DNA of 64,000 nt from Lingula anatina (taxonomy: Eukaryota; Animalia; Brachiopoda). The stretch spans positions 11,408,001-11,472,000 of the forward strand of contig CM120640.1 of assembly GCA_051362555.1 (NCBI GenBank). The letters run 5' to 3'. Of this stretch, positions 37,101 to 49,170 are shown piece after piece (the stretch's first letter is position 1; every line of letters begins with the position of its first letter). The translations under genes and the position numbers were made by a program. The notes beneath the pieces are model-generated. The model was not told the DNA's origin. It saw nothing but the letters and a program-made list of their open reading frames with translations, and made no database searches.

Positions 37101-40100
37101 CAGTCAGATTATATAGTAGTCTTTTTTACTTTAAAAGGGTTTTAGTGGCCATATTAGAATATTCAGACATGTCCCTATATAAAAAAATTGCTTAGAATCC
37201 TGTTCTGTACAATTGAGCCAATTTTCATGCTTGTAGTTTTAAGTGCATGATGAATTCACCATACTGCTGCTGTGAGTGGCCTGTTTTTCTTATTTTTGGA
37301 GGCCATTTTGGATTTCTATACACTTAAAGAATCAAATATTGATACTTCATGCATATCATAGTCTTGTCTAACCATAAAATGTTATCTTAAGTTATTATAG
37401 GATTATATATACTTGAAGTTTTAATTTGAACGGGTATTTGTGTTGGCTATATTGGATTTGGGGACCATATATTGAAATTTTTAGACATGCTCATACATCC
37501 AAAAGTGCTTAGAATCCTGTTTTACAACTGTACCAAATGCCATGCTTGTAGTTTTTGATGAATTAACCACTCTGCTGGATATCTTGGATTAGTAGAGTGC
37601 TTTTTACTATTGTCGGCCATTTTGGATTTAATACACCTAAAAAAGCAAATATTGATTCTAAATTCATACCGTGGTGTTTTTTAATCTTTGTATGATATTT
37701 ACGCCCTTAAAAGAACATATACTTGAAGTTTTAATTAGAAGTCGTATTTTTGGAGGCCATCTTGGATTTGAAGGCAATTTTTAAATTTTCGGATATGCCT
37801 ATACATCCAAACTTGCTCAGAATTTCATTTTCCACAAACCTGCCAAATTTTATGCTTGTAGATTTAAGTGTTTGATGAATTCCCCATTCAAATGGATATC
37901 TTAAATAAATGGTCTGCTTTTTTACTTTTGGCGGCCATTTTGGATTTAATACACCTGAAGGATTCATACCATGGTGTTTCTAACCTTTATATGATATTTT
38001 AAGTCATTAGAAGACTATGTACTTGAAGTTTTAATTTGAAAAGGTATTTTGGTGGCCATATTGGATTTGACGGCCATTTTGGAATTTTCAGACATGCTCA
38101 TATATCCAAATTTGCTTAGAATTTCATTGTCCATAAGTGTGCCAAATTTCATGCTTGTAGGTAAAAAATGCACAATTTTTCACCAATTTCCTGGACTAAT
38201 AGCATAAATGTTGACAGTATGTAGTTATATTTATATTATGTACAAGAGAAGTTCTTTGCACAGTAAATGCTTCATATTAAGCATATGCATGAGTTAATGT
38301 TGATGAGGTACTTTGATTTCATCAGTTTCAGCTTATCTTTTCTGTCTCTACATTATTTAAGGTGAAGCTTGCAGATGTTTTGGGTAAACTGATAATACCT
38401 GTGTCTTTTCTGGATATGTGGCCTCCCAAGTGCCTTGCCATACAGTTTGCCTCTACACAGTTCATTTCTTGGAAACCAAAGGATATTATAGAAAAGGGTA
38501 TGTTCATGAAACATATTCCTTGAGTACTGGTAGATGATAATCAATGCTCTTCTGATAAGTTCCCAAAATAGCATTCCTGTAACTAAACTTTGAATTGATG
38601 TTTAAGACTCATTATGGTAATAAGTTTCAAAATAACATTTAGAGTTCCATTACATTATGTTACTCTGCTGGGTTAAAAAAAGGCGACGATTAAGTAAGAC
38701 AAAATAATAAAAAAATATAAAAAATATATATATATATAAAAAATTAGTAGTCTTATTATGTTAACGTTTTATTTATTTAAAGCAAGATCCAGTATTCCCT
38801 GTTTGTTAAAAGCTAAAGCTATTTTTAGAATTAAGGAGTGGAGAACTACCAGAGAATGTGTATAACATCAACATATGGGATGAGGACTATGTCAAAAAGG
38901 CTGCCTCTGACATTGGAGAGTTGATAGAAAACTATATGAACAAGCAAGGAGATGCAGTAGATGGACCTGGAATTAAGAAGGTATGGCTTTGAAAAGTAAA
39001 GAAAAATTTAAAACTTGAAAGTATAATGAAATTATAATGCATTATAAGGGAGTGTAATGAGGTGCCACAGTCTTTAATTATGGTTTTTAGAAAAGAAATG
39101 TTTCAAGAGAATTTCAAAATAATGCATAACTCTTTAAATTAAAATTGTGTGAATCCTAATTTTGTAAGATTAATTTCTTAATTTTAGGCAACTCCTACAA
39201 CTCTGAAGAGCTACCCGTCCAAGCTTCCAAACTTGAATCTTGACTTGAGCCTGGTGAATGCTCCTCGTGAAGGCAAACCACTCGTTGTAATTTGTGTACA
39301 CCCAGAACAGATAACATTTGTAAGTTGTGTTTGATTTTCTAGGCTTTTTTTGTCAATATATTTTTGATTATGAGCACCTGTAAAGTATTCTTTTAGGATT
39401 TTATTGTTGAATAGACCAATTCAGTTATGGAACTGTCCCTAACAAATTTTCGGTCTATGTTATAAGTGTACTACCCATTTTTTAAACTTATATGATGATA
39501 TAATATAAGAATTAACTTGTACTAGTTATGCACCAACAAAATGTCAAAACAAATTTGAAAACATTTTTCTACATAATGACTCGCACTCAGTAAGACTTGT
39601 ATGCTATAAGTTATTACCATAGCAATGAATTTCTCATTATCACTACATGCAGTAAGTTGGGAATACTTTTTTGTATTAGCACACAATTCTCTCCTTTCAG
39701 ATGTATATTTGACACAATGACACATGAAATGTAGAATACATCTGTCATACTTTAGGCTAAATGATTGATGTTGCTAATACTTAATGACATAGATTTGTGT
39801 ATGTTTTTGTTTAGGGAAACTATTTAAAAGGTCTACTTTTAAGTGAAGGCTATGAAGCTTGGTGCTCTTTTGAAGTGTTGGAGGAAGTAGGCTGCACAAG
39901 TCTTACTGAAGTTGGAACCATTTCTTCTCTCAGTACAGATGGAGCAGACATTTGCAATGTAGAAGGTATCATTTTGTGTTTGATTGCTGGAATAGACAGC
40001 AGTTCCATGTTGCAGAAAAAGAATTTTTTAACATCAGTAGTTCTTGTAAATTTGATTTAAATTAAGATCTGATATTTTTATAACATAAAGAAAGATTAAT

Positions 40101-43100
40101 TCCATTAAGTGTGTTATTTTCATGTCCTGCAGAAAACATGAAGAATTTATAATCTTATAGAATGTGTATTTGTAATGGCAGTATTTTTGTTGTATAGGGT
40201 ATTTATTAAATTTTGATATGAGCCATCAATTTTTTCAGGCGAGCTGTCTGAGTCTGTTTCTCAATTTAATAGCTCTTATACTCCAAAAAGCATGGAAAAA
40301 AGAGTACAATTTCAAGGCAAAGCTGATGAAGCAGGAGTTGTCATTTTTGTATTGTCAAAAGCCTTCTCACAGTCTAAGATGTGCCAGCAACAGGTGATGA
40401 TAACACAAATTTGGGGAAGCATTGTTTTATCTGAATCTTACCTTTAATTGTAATATTACTTATCTTGGATCATAACCAAACAATCAATATATTGAACATA
40501 CTGAACATACTTGATGCACTATAAATTGTTTGATAACCCATTTTGTTCTAAGAATAACCATCTATGTTTTTGATATAGGTGTACTATTGTGAGCATCGCA
40601 AGAGATTCATTCCATTGAAGTATGAAGATTTTGCCATGCCGTACTGGATGAGCATGCTCATTGGAACTAGTACTTTTCTGGTATGTATTCTGAGCACATA
40701 ATGCATAAGTAAATTATATTTACATAATGTTTGTCTTCACTTTATTATCATAAGATGTAGAAAATGTGCAATAGTTGTCAAGAAAGATGCACTTTTTCTT
40801 ACATTTGTTTTACTGCTAATTTGTCTTACGAAAAACTGTAAAAAAATTGACAAAATTACTTTTTATATTCTATATAGATGTTGACATTCACTTACGTGTC
40901 TTGTCACCCCAATCTTTCAGTTTCTGCAATATCCATTTGTAAAGGTAAAGTGCATTATTGCCTTAAGCTGTGAAAAGGGCTATTATGCCTCTGCCATCAT
41001 AACCATTACTTGTTTTTTTATGGGCATGCATAAGGAAGTATTGAATTTCTAGTGCTAATTTCTAGGTATTCTTGAGCTGTTTTATTGCACAAATGATTAT
41101 GCCTCAGCCATTTGGCTGTGCATCACTGCTTGCATGTGTTAAAGGCCCAAAGAGCAATACACTGTATATGCCTTTTAAAATGCATCAGTTTCTATTGTGT
41201 ATTTGAAAACTTCAAGACAAGTTTTTATTGAACAGTTCCAACTGATAGCCCAAGTAGGAGGGCATTCTTTAATAATGACTGGTTGTGTTTCATTTCATTT
41301 TCCAGGAAAATATGTCACTACCTAAACATGCAAGTACAAGTTTTTTAAAGCAACCTTATCATTTTTATTTTTATTTCATATTTATTTGATTCTTTATGTG
41401 AAATTAAGTCAGTGCAAAGATTATCTAGAATGGTTGACTACAAATGTAAATTGGACAATCTATTTTAAACCATCTTTATAAAGTTTCATTGCTTTTCAGT
41501 ATTGTATGAAGGATTGGTTTGAGATTACACCCATACTTTTTGTAATGGCAATTTTGTCACTAGGAGCTGATGTTATTTTCAGTGCTATGCTGTCCTTGTT
41601 TTCTTGCTATTTATTTTAACAGCTGCTAAATTTACTTTGTTTTGAAGCTTCTTTAATGTTAAAATGCATTTGCTTTTGTTTTTATTTAGTTTGGGGTTAG
41701 TTTAGCTTAAAAACAAAAGGGCTCTAATGTTATTCCATGTCCAAAAAAAAAAAAAAACGTTCATTTTGAAAACAGAATATGTTCTTGGTGTTTGATATGA
41801 TGGCAATTAAAAAAAACAAATATTTGAAATATATTGAACACTTGTAGTATGCACAGGATACTTGTTCTATTGTATCATGAAACATTGATGTATAACATCT
41901 GATCATTAAAACTTTGTTATTGCCTGTGGCACATTCTAGTTTATAAATAGAAACAAAATACTTGTGTAGATGCAGTAACAACAAGTTGAATTCTTTAATT
42001 TGACAGGATTCACAGAGAGAGTGTTTTGAGAAGTCTGTCATCTCCCAAGTGAACAGCTGCTTGTTTCCAAAGTCAGGCAACCCATCTCCAACAGAAATGC
42101 ATGACAAACAGTTGTCAAAAGAAGTGAGTATATTAATATTTTTGTTGAAAAATATATGTATAATAAAAGATTTTATAATAAAAATATCTGCCTTAGTTTT
42201 AAAATGACTTAAATTTTTATTTGAATCTTTAATTCATTTAAACTGTTGCTGACAAGGTATATCTGCATCTAATGTACATAAGTGCCTTTTCGTGGGCACA
42301 ATTTTGCATTTTTATCCAGTGAGCAGTTTGTCTCTATTTTTAGGTTAGTTCACTTACAGAAAGTTTACCAAAGCATGGAAGTGTCTATATAGCAGGAGGA
42401 ACACACTTTTACCATAAGGATTCAGAGGCCATATGCAAGTAAGTTCTAATTAATTTAAAATGTGTCAAGTTGGGGCCAAGAGATGTGATGAATATAACCA
42501 ATATTTAATTCTGAAATGAAATAAACATTTTAAAATATGCAGTAATTAATTTCTGTATGCATTTGGCAGGTTTCAAAAAACTCTAATTACTTTTAAATAC
42601 ATTCACTAAATGTGTCAGTATGTATTCTGATCATGGTTTCTGTCTGCACTGTCACTGTTTGTAATGCCATCAGTCTCTAAAACTACCAAACTATATTTTA
42701 CTTAAAATTTGGTGTCTATATATTCGCTAGCTTTGCTGTTTAGCTTCATGACCATCATACACTTTGACTAAAGCTGGGTTTTTAAAACTGATTTAGGTCA
42801 GTTGGAAAACATCTTGCTCGCAACCCAGATGTAACAGTTGTAACTGGGGGATTCTTTGGGATTGGCGAAACTGTTGCACAAAGCTTTGAAGATGAACGTA
42901 AAGCTGTCAATGGGAAATCAGGAGTAGTACATGTTCTTCCTTTTCAGGATAAAGATGTAAGTGTGTTCTTTTTCCTGTATGACTTCACTGTGATTTAGAT
43001 TGGTATTATCTTGAATGAATTTGCATTTAACTGTGTGATCAATGGCATTGTCTGCTCAACCATTTGTCATGGCACAGGCAACCTCTGACCCTTGTCTCTT

Positions 43101-44899
43101 TTTCATGTAACTGACGTTGTTGGAATATTCTTCTAACACTGACTTTGATTACAATCATTTTAATGATTTATAAGGTGTTCTACTCTATGGATATGAAAAG
43201 GGGCGAAGAAATGGTATCATGTTTTTCAGATATAGGGTGTGAAAAACTACAGAAATAATATTGAAATGAGTTATTAGAAAATATATTTGCATTGCTTTAA
43301 ACTGTACTGTCTAGAAACATGTGTAAACCTCCACATTTCAGGACCACAGCACCAGAGGAAGGCAGAGAGCAGACAAAACATTTCAGCCTCCCCCATTTGG
43401 AAAGAGTGTGTTTGTTGGGAATAGTATAAGAGATAGGGAAATCATTGTGGCAAGAGCAATTGATATTTGTATTTTGATAGAAGGTATGTATTAATTACAT
43501 GTAAAGATGCATTTTGATGCCTGCTTTTTTTTCTTTTAAAATTTTTAGATAAGGTTAAGCATTTATCCATAGTATTAGCTTTATATGTCTTTCAAAAACT
43601 AAATTTATCGTTTGCATCATTTTAGAAGTATATATTATAAGTTCTCCCTTTACCTATAGGTGGCCCTGGTGCAGCCCATGAGGCAGAAGAGTTTGCATGG
43701 AATGATCACATAGTTGTACCAGTTAAGGTTACTGGAGGTGCAGCAGGAGGAAAATTCAATGTGCCACAGAAAATATTTAAGGTAAAAAAAGGCTACACAG
43801 GGGTTGAATGATGAGTAAAGACTTGATTTATCCCTGGATTCTTGGTAAAGCCCCTTTTACACTGGACGGCATCCTCTCTGCGTCCTGTAGTATGGCCCCG
43901 TTTGAGATTTAAAAAATAATAATACTTTACTTGCCGACAACTGGCAAGTCATTGAGCATTCATTCTGCAATGCAACCAAAGCGTTGCTTGTGCCTCCTTA
44001 CTATGACCACAGCGATGCCAGTTTCATGGCCGCACAAAGGACGCAGAAATGACACCATCCTGTGTAAAGGTAAAGGGGGCTTAACCAATTTGTTTGGTAT
44101 TAAAATAAATAAATAAAATACTGTGAAATAAATAACATTAATTTTTCATTAAACAAACACAGTTACACTTGTTTTACATTTGTCTAACTACTGCATCTTA
44201 CTACTTATAAGAAATATGTATTTTAGTATTTCATGATAATTCAGTTTTTGGTCATGGCCTTTTGTTACAGTTCCAATTGCATGCATATAATATATTTTAA
44301 AGGTTACAATTGGAAATGATATCTTAGACCCCATTTCCAGAGATTAGATCGATCTACTTTAGATCGACCTAACTCCCTGGGGGCTCACGCTAAATAGCTG
44401 TCAGCCGAGCGGACACGAAAGTTCATTACCCCCTTACAGCTTGTAGTAGGCGGGACGGACATTTAAGCCAGATTATCTGACAGTAATCTAGTGAGACTCC
44501 CCGTGGGGATAGATTGATCTAAAAGCTCTGGGAATACAGCCTTAATGGATTCAAGTTAGACCTGAATTTTGCATATGAACATTTATTAACAAACAAAAGG
44601 TAAAAAGTTGGGTGTTATTTCAGGTCCCACAGAGTGTGTCATTAGCTGACTGGTCAGTTCTGAGCAACAATTCCTCCAGCCCTGAAGAAATTGGGAAAGC
44701 AGTGGCCAGTGTGGTCAACACTTTGATATCAAGCAGGCCTGGACCTAGTCCACCCCCTGTCAAAGTTAAACCATGTAAATCCCCACTGACTCTCCCTCAA
44801 ACTAACAGCACACCTCCATCACCAACTTACACTAGGAAACGGAAGAGAAGTATTGCTACTTTGAGAATAATGGTAGACAGTGATGATAAACAATCATGA
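25104..44899 (+). CDS. Uncharacterised ~924-aa protein: two putative beta-grasp repeats, TIR (catalytic Glu), TIR (Glu->Gln), SLOG domain
   Basis: 19 GT-AG exons with consistent phases: 25104-25161, 29395-29638, 30177-30265, 30557-30663, 30920-31134, 33567-33762, 34208-34333, 38362-38497, 38829-38980, 39188-39319, 39815-39965, 40239-40393, 40579-40680, 42007-42123, 42344-42438, 42797-42956, 43342-43483, 43660-43781, 44624-44899 (2775 nt, open throughout). TIR1: QVLISYVRAEAAQHALQLKAELTKFDYSVFLDVHEIKFGVDWQDSLNDAVSNCEVFIPLITPRYGETQWTNREVKLADVLGKLIIPV. SLOG: VYIAGG...VVTGGFFGIGETVA...RDREIIVARAIDICILIEGGPGAAHE...VVPVKVTGGAAG. Confidence 0.88.
25310..28110 (+). mobile_element. HINE/DINE-1-like element, copy 2 (inverted relative to copy 1), in intron 1 of the TIR-SLOG gene
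   Basis: Begins ATTGTACCACCAGCGTAGGCGCTGGCGGTAC followed by (CCGGCTCCG)n, and ends ...GCTGGTGGTACAATATTCGGAGGCGGTATTGCCTCTCTGATCCTCTAGTT. Reverse-complement match to 9274-12040 along its length. About 9 monomers of 146 bp in two blocks. Confidence 0.8.
28630..28738. repeat. Short foldback element / MITE remnant built from CCTATAGG palindromes
   Basis: Perfect arms CCTATAGGAAATTG (28664-28677) / CAATTTCCTATAGG (28681-28694), further CTATAGG units on both sides, and imperfect termini CTTACGAAAAA / TTTTTGTTAGGG. Confidence 0.6.
30491..30553. repeat. (ATT)n microsatellite directly upstream of the exon 4 acceptor
   Basis: About 21 ATT units followed by CAG|CCAAG at 30554-30557. A similar run at 34142-34180 precedes exon 7. 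Confidence 0.92.
31196..31711. mobile_element. Non-autonomous TIR element with GGG...CCC termini and 4-bp TSD (Sola2-like)
   Basis: ATAT|GGGATGAATG ... CATCCATCCC|ATAT. The interior is richer in CpG than the flanks. The superfamily is inferred from the termini only. Confidence 0.55.
34704..38198. mobile_element. 3.5-kb foldback DNA transposon derivative with long modular inverted repeats (Academ-like)
   Basis: Termini TAGTCCAAGAAATTGGTG / CACCAATTTCCTGGACTA with a 3-bp TSD ATA. Subunits of about 300-320 bp: two in the left arm (34759, 35079) and four inverted in the right arm (37226, 37541, 37851, 38150). No intact transposase ORF. Confidence 0.75.
36425..36650. repeat. Two-copy 112-bp tandem duplication inside the foldback element
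   Basis: GAGTCAGAAGCATTGGAAGACTGGTCCTATAAGGGTTCACACTAGTAACCTACATCTACTA at 36425 and 36537. Confidence 0.9.
43849..44081. mobile_element. PIF/Harbinger (Tourist-like) MITE
   Basis: TAA|AGCCCCTTTTACACTGGA...TCTGCGTCC ... GGACGCAGA...TCCTGTGTAAAGGTAAAGGGGGCT|TAA, with a 3-bp TAA TSD. Confidence 0.75.
44327..44541. mobile_element. PIF/Harbinger-type MITE, family B copy 1
   Basis: TTA TSD (44324-44326, 44542-44544). Imperfect TIRs ...TTCCAGAGATTAGATCGATC / GATTGATCTAAAAGCTCTGGGAA. Homologous to 45610-45834. Confidence 0.8.
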
Positions 44900-45609
44900 T
44901 TGTTGCATATTGCTGTAATTGTGTTCATTAAAATATTGCTACCTAGGTTCCATGTTTGAAACATCATTCAAGACGCATGGATAAAACAGTGTGTGCAAAA
45001 ACTACAGTTCGTTTGATTTTGCCAATAAGTGCAATCATTTCAGCCATATTAGTTTTTTTTCAGCAAATCAGTGGGTATTTGTCTGAAGAATTAAATTACT
45101 TACAGCCTTTTAAAATATGATTTATTCATTTCCAATCCAAAGTGTTATATTCTTGCATGATAAACACATACTGGAAACTGAGCACTTCCTATTTTTCTTC
45201 ATTATTTACAGCCTACTTTTTTATCTTATTTTTGTGATTGTTTTAAAAATCATGCCACCAATTAACTTGAAAATATTATAAAATTTTGGAATATTTATGG
45301 AAAACAACTTATTAAAGCAAACTTACATTCATCCTTCTTTGTATATAATTATTTGTATTTTTCACTGTGAACACTGTTATAAAGTTAAACCTGCTCATTC
45401 TGAAGCATTGTTAAGTGAACACTTGTCCTGTTATCATGGGGTGTTTACTGTCAGTTAGTTTGTTATACAGAATTATAAAATCATTCAAAAGAAGTATTTT
45501 CATATAACAAATTTGTGATACCAAGTATGAAGTATGGTGACAATTTATATCAACATCTTACTTAAAGGGACAAAGCATAAGATATAAAGATATAAAGATT
45601 ATTATCTTA

Positions 45610-45834
45610 GGGTGTATTTCCAGAGATTTAGATCGATCCAGAAATTAAGATTTAGATCGACCTAACTCCCTGAGGATTCACGCTAAATTGCAGTCAGCTG
45701 AGCGCGCACCATAGTTAATTCTCCCCTTACAGCTTTCAGTAGGCGGGACAGACGCTTAAGCTGGCTAAGCTGACAGCAATCTAGTGAGACTCCCCACAGG
45801 GATAGATCAATCTAAAATCTATGGAAATGGGATC
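45610..45834. mobile_element. PIF/Harbinger-type MITE, family B copy 2
   Basis: TTA TSD (45607-45609, 45835-45837). Interior colinear with 44327-44541 (TTAGATCGACCTAACTCCCTG...CCCCTTACAGCTT...AGTAGGCGGGAC...AATCTAGTGAGACTCCCC). Confidence 0.8.
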
Positions 45835-47403
45835 TTAAAGTTCAACTGTTGAACTTATCTGAGGACATCAATACTTTTAAATAATTTTTAACAGATAAAT
45901 GCCTTAAATTAATGTCACCCAAAGTAATCTTATTTGTCACTTCCTGACAAACCTCCTCACCTGTCAACACATTTCAACAGTTTTAAATTGCATCCAACCT
46001 TGAAGTCAGTGTTTGAAATGATGTGAGAATTTGAAAACCCCGTGCTTAAGCGTGTGTGAAGGGTTTTTATATTCATTTCCAAGATTGTTACAGAGTTATG
46101 ACAAATATCAGGAAAGGGTGGTTGGAACTCAGTTCAACAGAGGTTTCTTTTAAGGCAAAATCTTATGCTGGGCACCTTTAATGAGTTGGTTATAACTGTC
46201 ATCAATGGCTACCTCTGAATATTGTTCTGCTGTCTTTTCTTTTTTTCTTTGCATCAGGTTTTTAGCCAAGCATTAGCAAGTGCTTGTAACAATTTGTTAC
46301 ATACATATTTAAAGCTTTGAAGCCCTGTGCTGTCCTGCCTTCAGTCAAATTTTGCAGTTCGGTATACACTGGTTTAGTATGTGTTTGTAAAGATCTTTGT
46401 ACATAGCATCTAGATTTTGAAAGATTTACATAGTTCAAGAAATTTACATTATTTGTTATCATTTACATCTTTGCCATCCAAAGTTGGAGAGTTGCTATTT
46501 TTATTGTTATTCTCTAGCAGTTGTCATGTTATCTTATGCTGTTTGTTAATCATAGGTCTTTATAGTTATGGATTAATCATCTTTAAGGACAAAACTTGTC
46601 TTGTTTATTGGATTTTTAATGACATATTGTGAACCATGATGTGATGAAAGAAAAATACTGATGGATACTTCTCTATATTTTGAGCAAAATGGAATTAATA
46701 TCAATTCTTTTACACCCTTTCCATTTGCTAGTCTTTTGTGTGTACTAGGGTTTAAGTGTAAACTTGCATTAATCATGACAGTTATCTTTTTTATGAAGTT
46801 ATCCCAGAAATAAATGCTATTTTCATATTGCTCAAGACTAGTTCATTTTTTTCTTTAAATCCGACGTGCTGTGATGGGTTCAGCATTGCTGCTCAAACAC
46901 CCAAATTGGAGACCTTGTTTTCATATGTACTAAAAATAGACTGATAAAATGTGTGTTAAAACAACTGACATAAGGTAAAAAAATGTTTATTATAAAAACG
47001 ATTAACAAGAATTAATTATGTGCTTTCAATAAAGCACTATTCTTCTGCATAAATTCGATCTGGTAAAAGTTTACTGCCTTGTAAGTAATCAGTCAGTTTT
47101 ATTAATAGGGATATGGTATGAACATGTGCAGCAGTAAAATACAAGATGAAATGTGGTTACAAGTAATATGTATATAAATGACCTCTTAAATATTAATGGT
47201 AGAATATTATGTCAGTAAAACCTTAGCATTCCAAAGTGCATGTGTAAATTGCAATTATTTCAATACATTAATGACTTTTTTTTTTATAATGATTTATTTA
47301 CACTGGAATGTTAAATGTTGGCCGACTTAAGTTGTTCGTTTTCTTTGACAGTCTATGTTGGATATCATCTCAAAGAAACAATAAGGGACATAAATGTTCT
47401 GTT

Positions 47404-48453
<1,050 letters not shown>

Positions 48454-48984
48454 TATAATTTTAAGCCGTGTGCCCAATATAACTTCAACAGGTTTTAAAT
48501 ATAAAATTTAGCTCTTCTCCACGGACCAAACTAAGATCAGTATCTGAAATTAGGTAAGCATCAATATTGAGTCAACTAAAAAGCTTGGCAACTTTAAAAT
48601 CAGTAGGATGTGTTAATCTAAACGGACTTAAATTGTGCGATTTTTAAGTCTAAACTAAGACACACCCAATGACTGTGTAAACACAAGAGCAGTGATGCTG
48701 ATAACTTACAGTTAAGTCTAATATTATTATTAGCAAATTGAGTAAGCTGTATATTTATAGACTGTACGTTTAAAAATGACTCATAAAATCACCTACTATT
48801 GACACATTCACAGTACTGTTTCAATACATGGACGATTCAATAAATGCATGACTGGTCCAAATGCAATATGTTAACCAAGTCTTTTTCTTATTTTATAGTA
48901 GCTTAAATGCTTTAGGTGGACCCCTGTATTAGCGAACATATCACAAAAATAAAAAGTAGCAGTCAAAACTACAGATTTACTCAC

Positions 48985-49170
48985 TTTATGGGCTGTCTTT
49001 CACCTAATATTATCACTAAGTTGTCGTGAAATACCTTAGAGTGATATACCTTAAGGAATACCTTAAGGACGATAACAGGTTTACCTAAACTCGGCTGCTT
49101 CCTTATCCTCAGCGTGAACTACGTCATCGCTAAACAAAATCTAGTGACGTAAGACTCATGTGTATTGATC
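48985..49170. promoter_or_regulatory. Putative bidirectional promoter of MORN4 and the LCOR-like gene
   Basis: Probable MORN4 non-coding exon donor near 48983 and LCOR ATG at 49171. CRE-like TACGTCA (49120-49126) and TGACGTAA (49145-49152), and three ATACCTTA(A)G copies at 49031-49067. Confidence 0.55.

Noticed and set aside
25104-44899. TIR-SLOG gene as bacterial contamination or recent horizontal transfer
   Set aside because: It has 18 canonical introns, host-like base composition and a shared promoter region with a conserved animal gene.
13498-44899. DUSP11 plus TIR-SLOG as an 'immune island'
   Set aside because: Both have plausible immune links, but they are separated by R3HCC1 and surrounded by housekeeping genes. 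Ancient synteny explains the proximity equally well.
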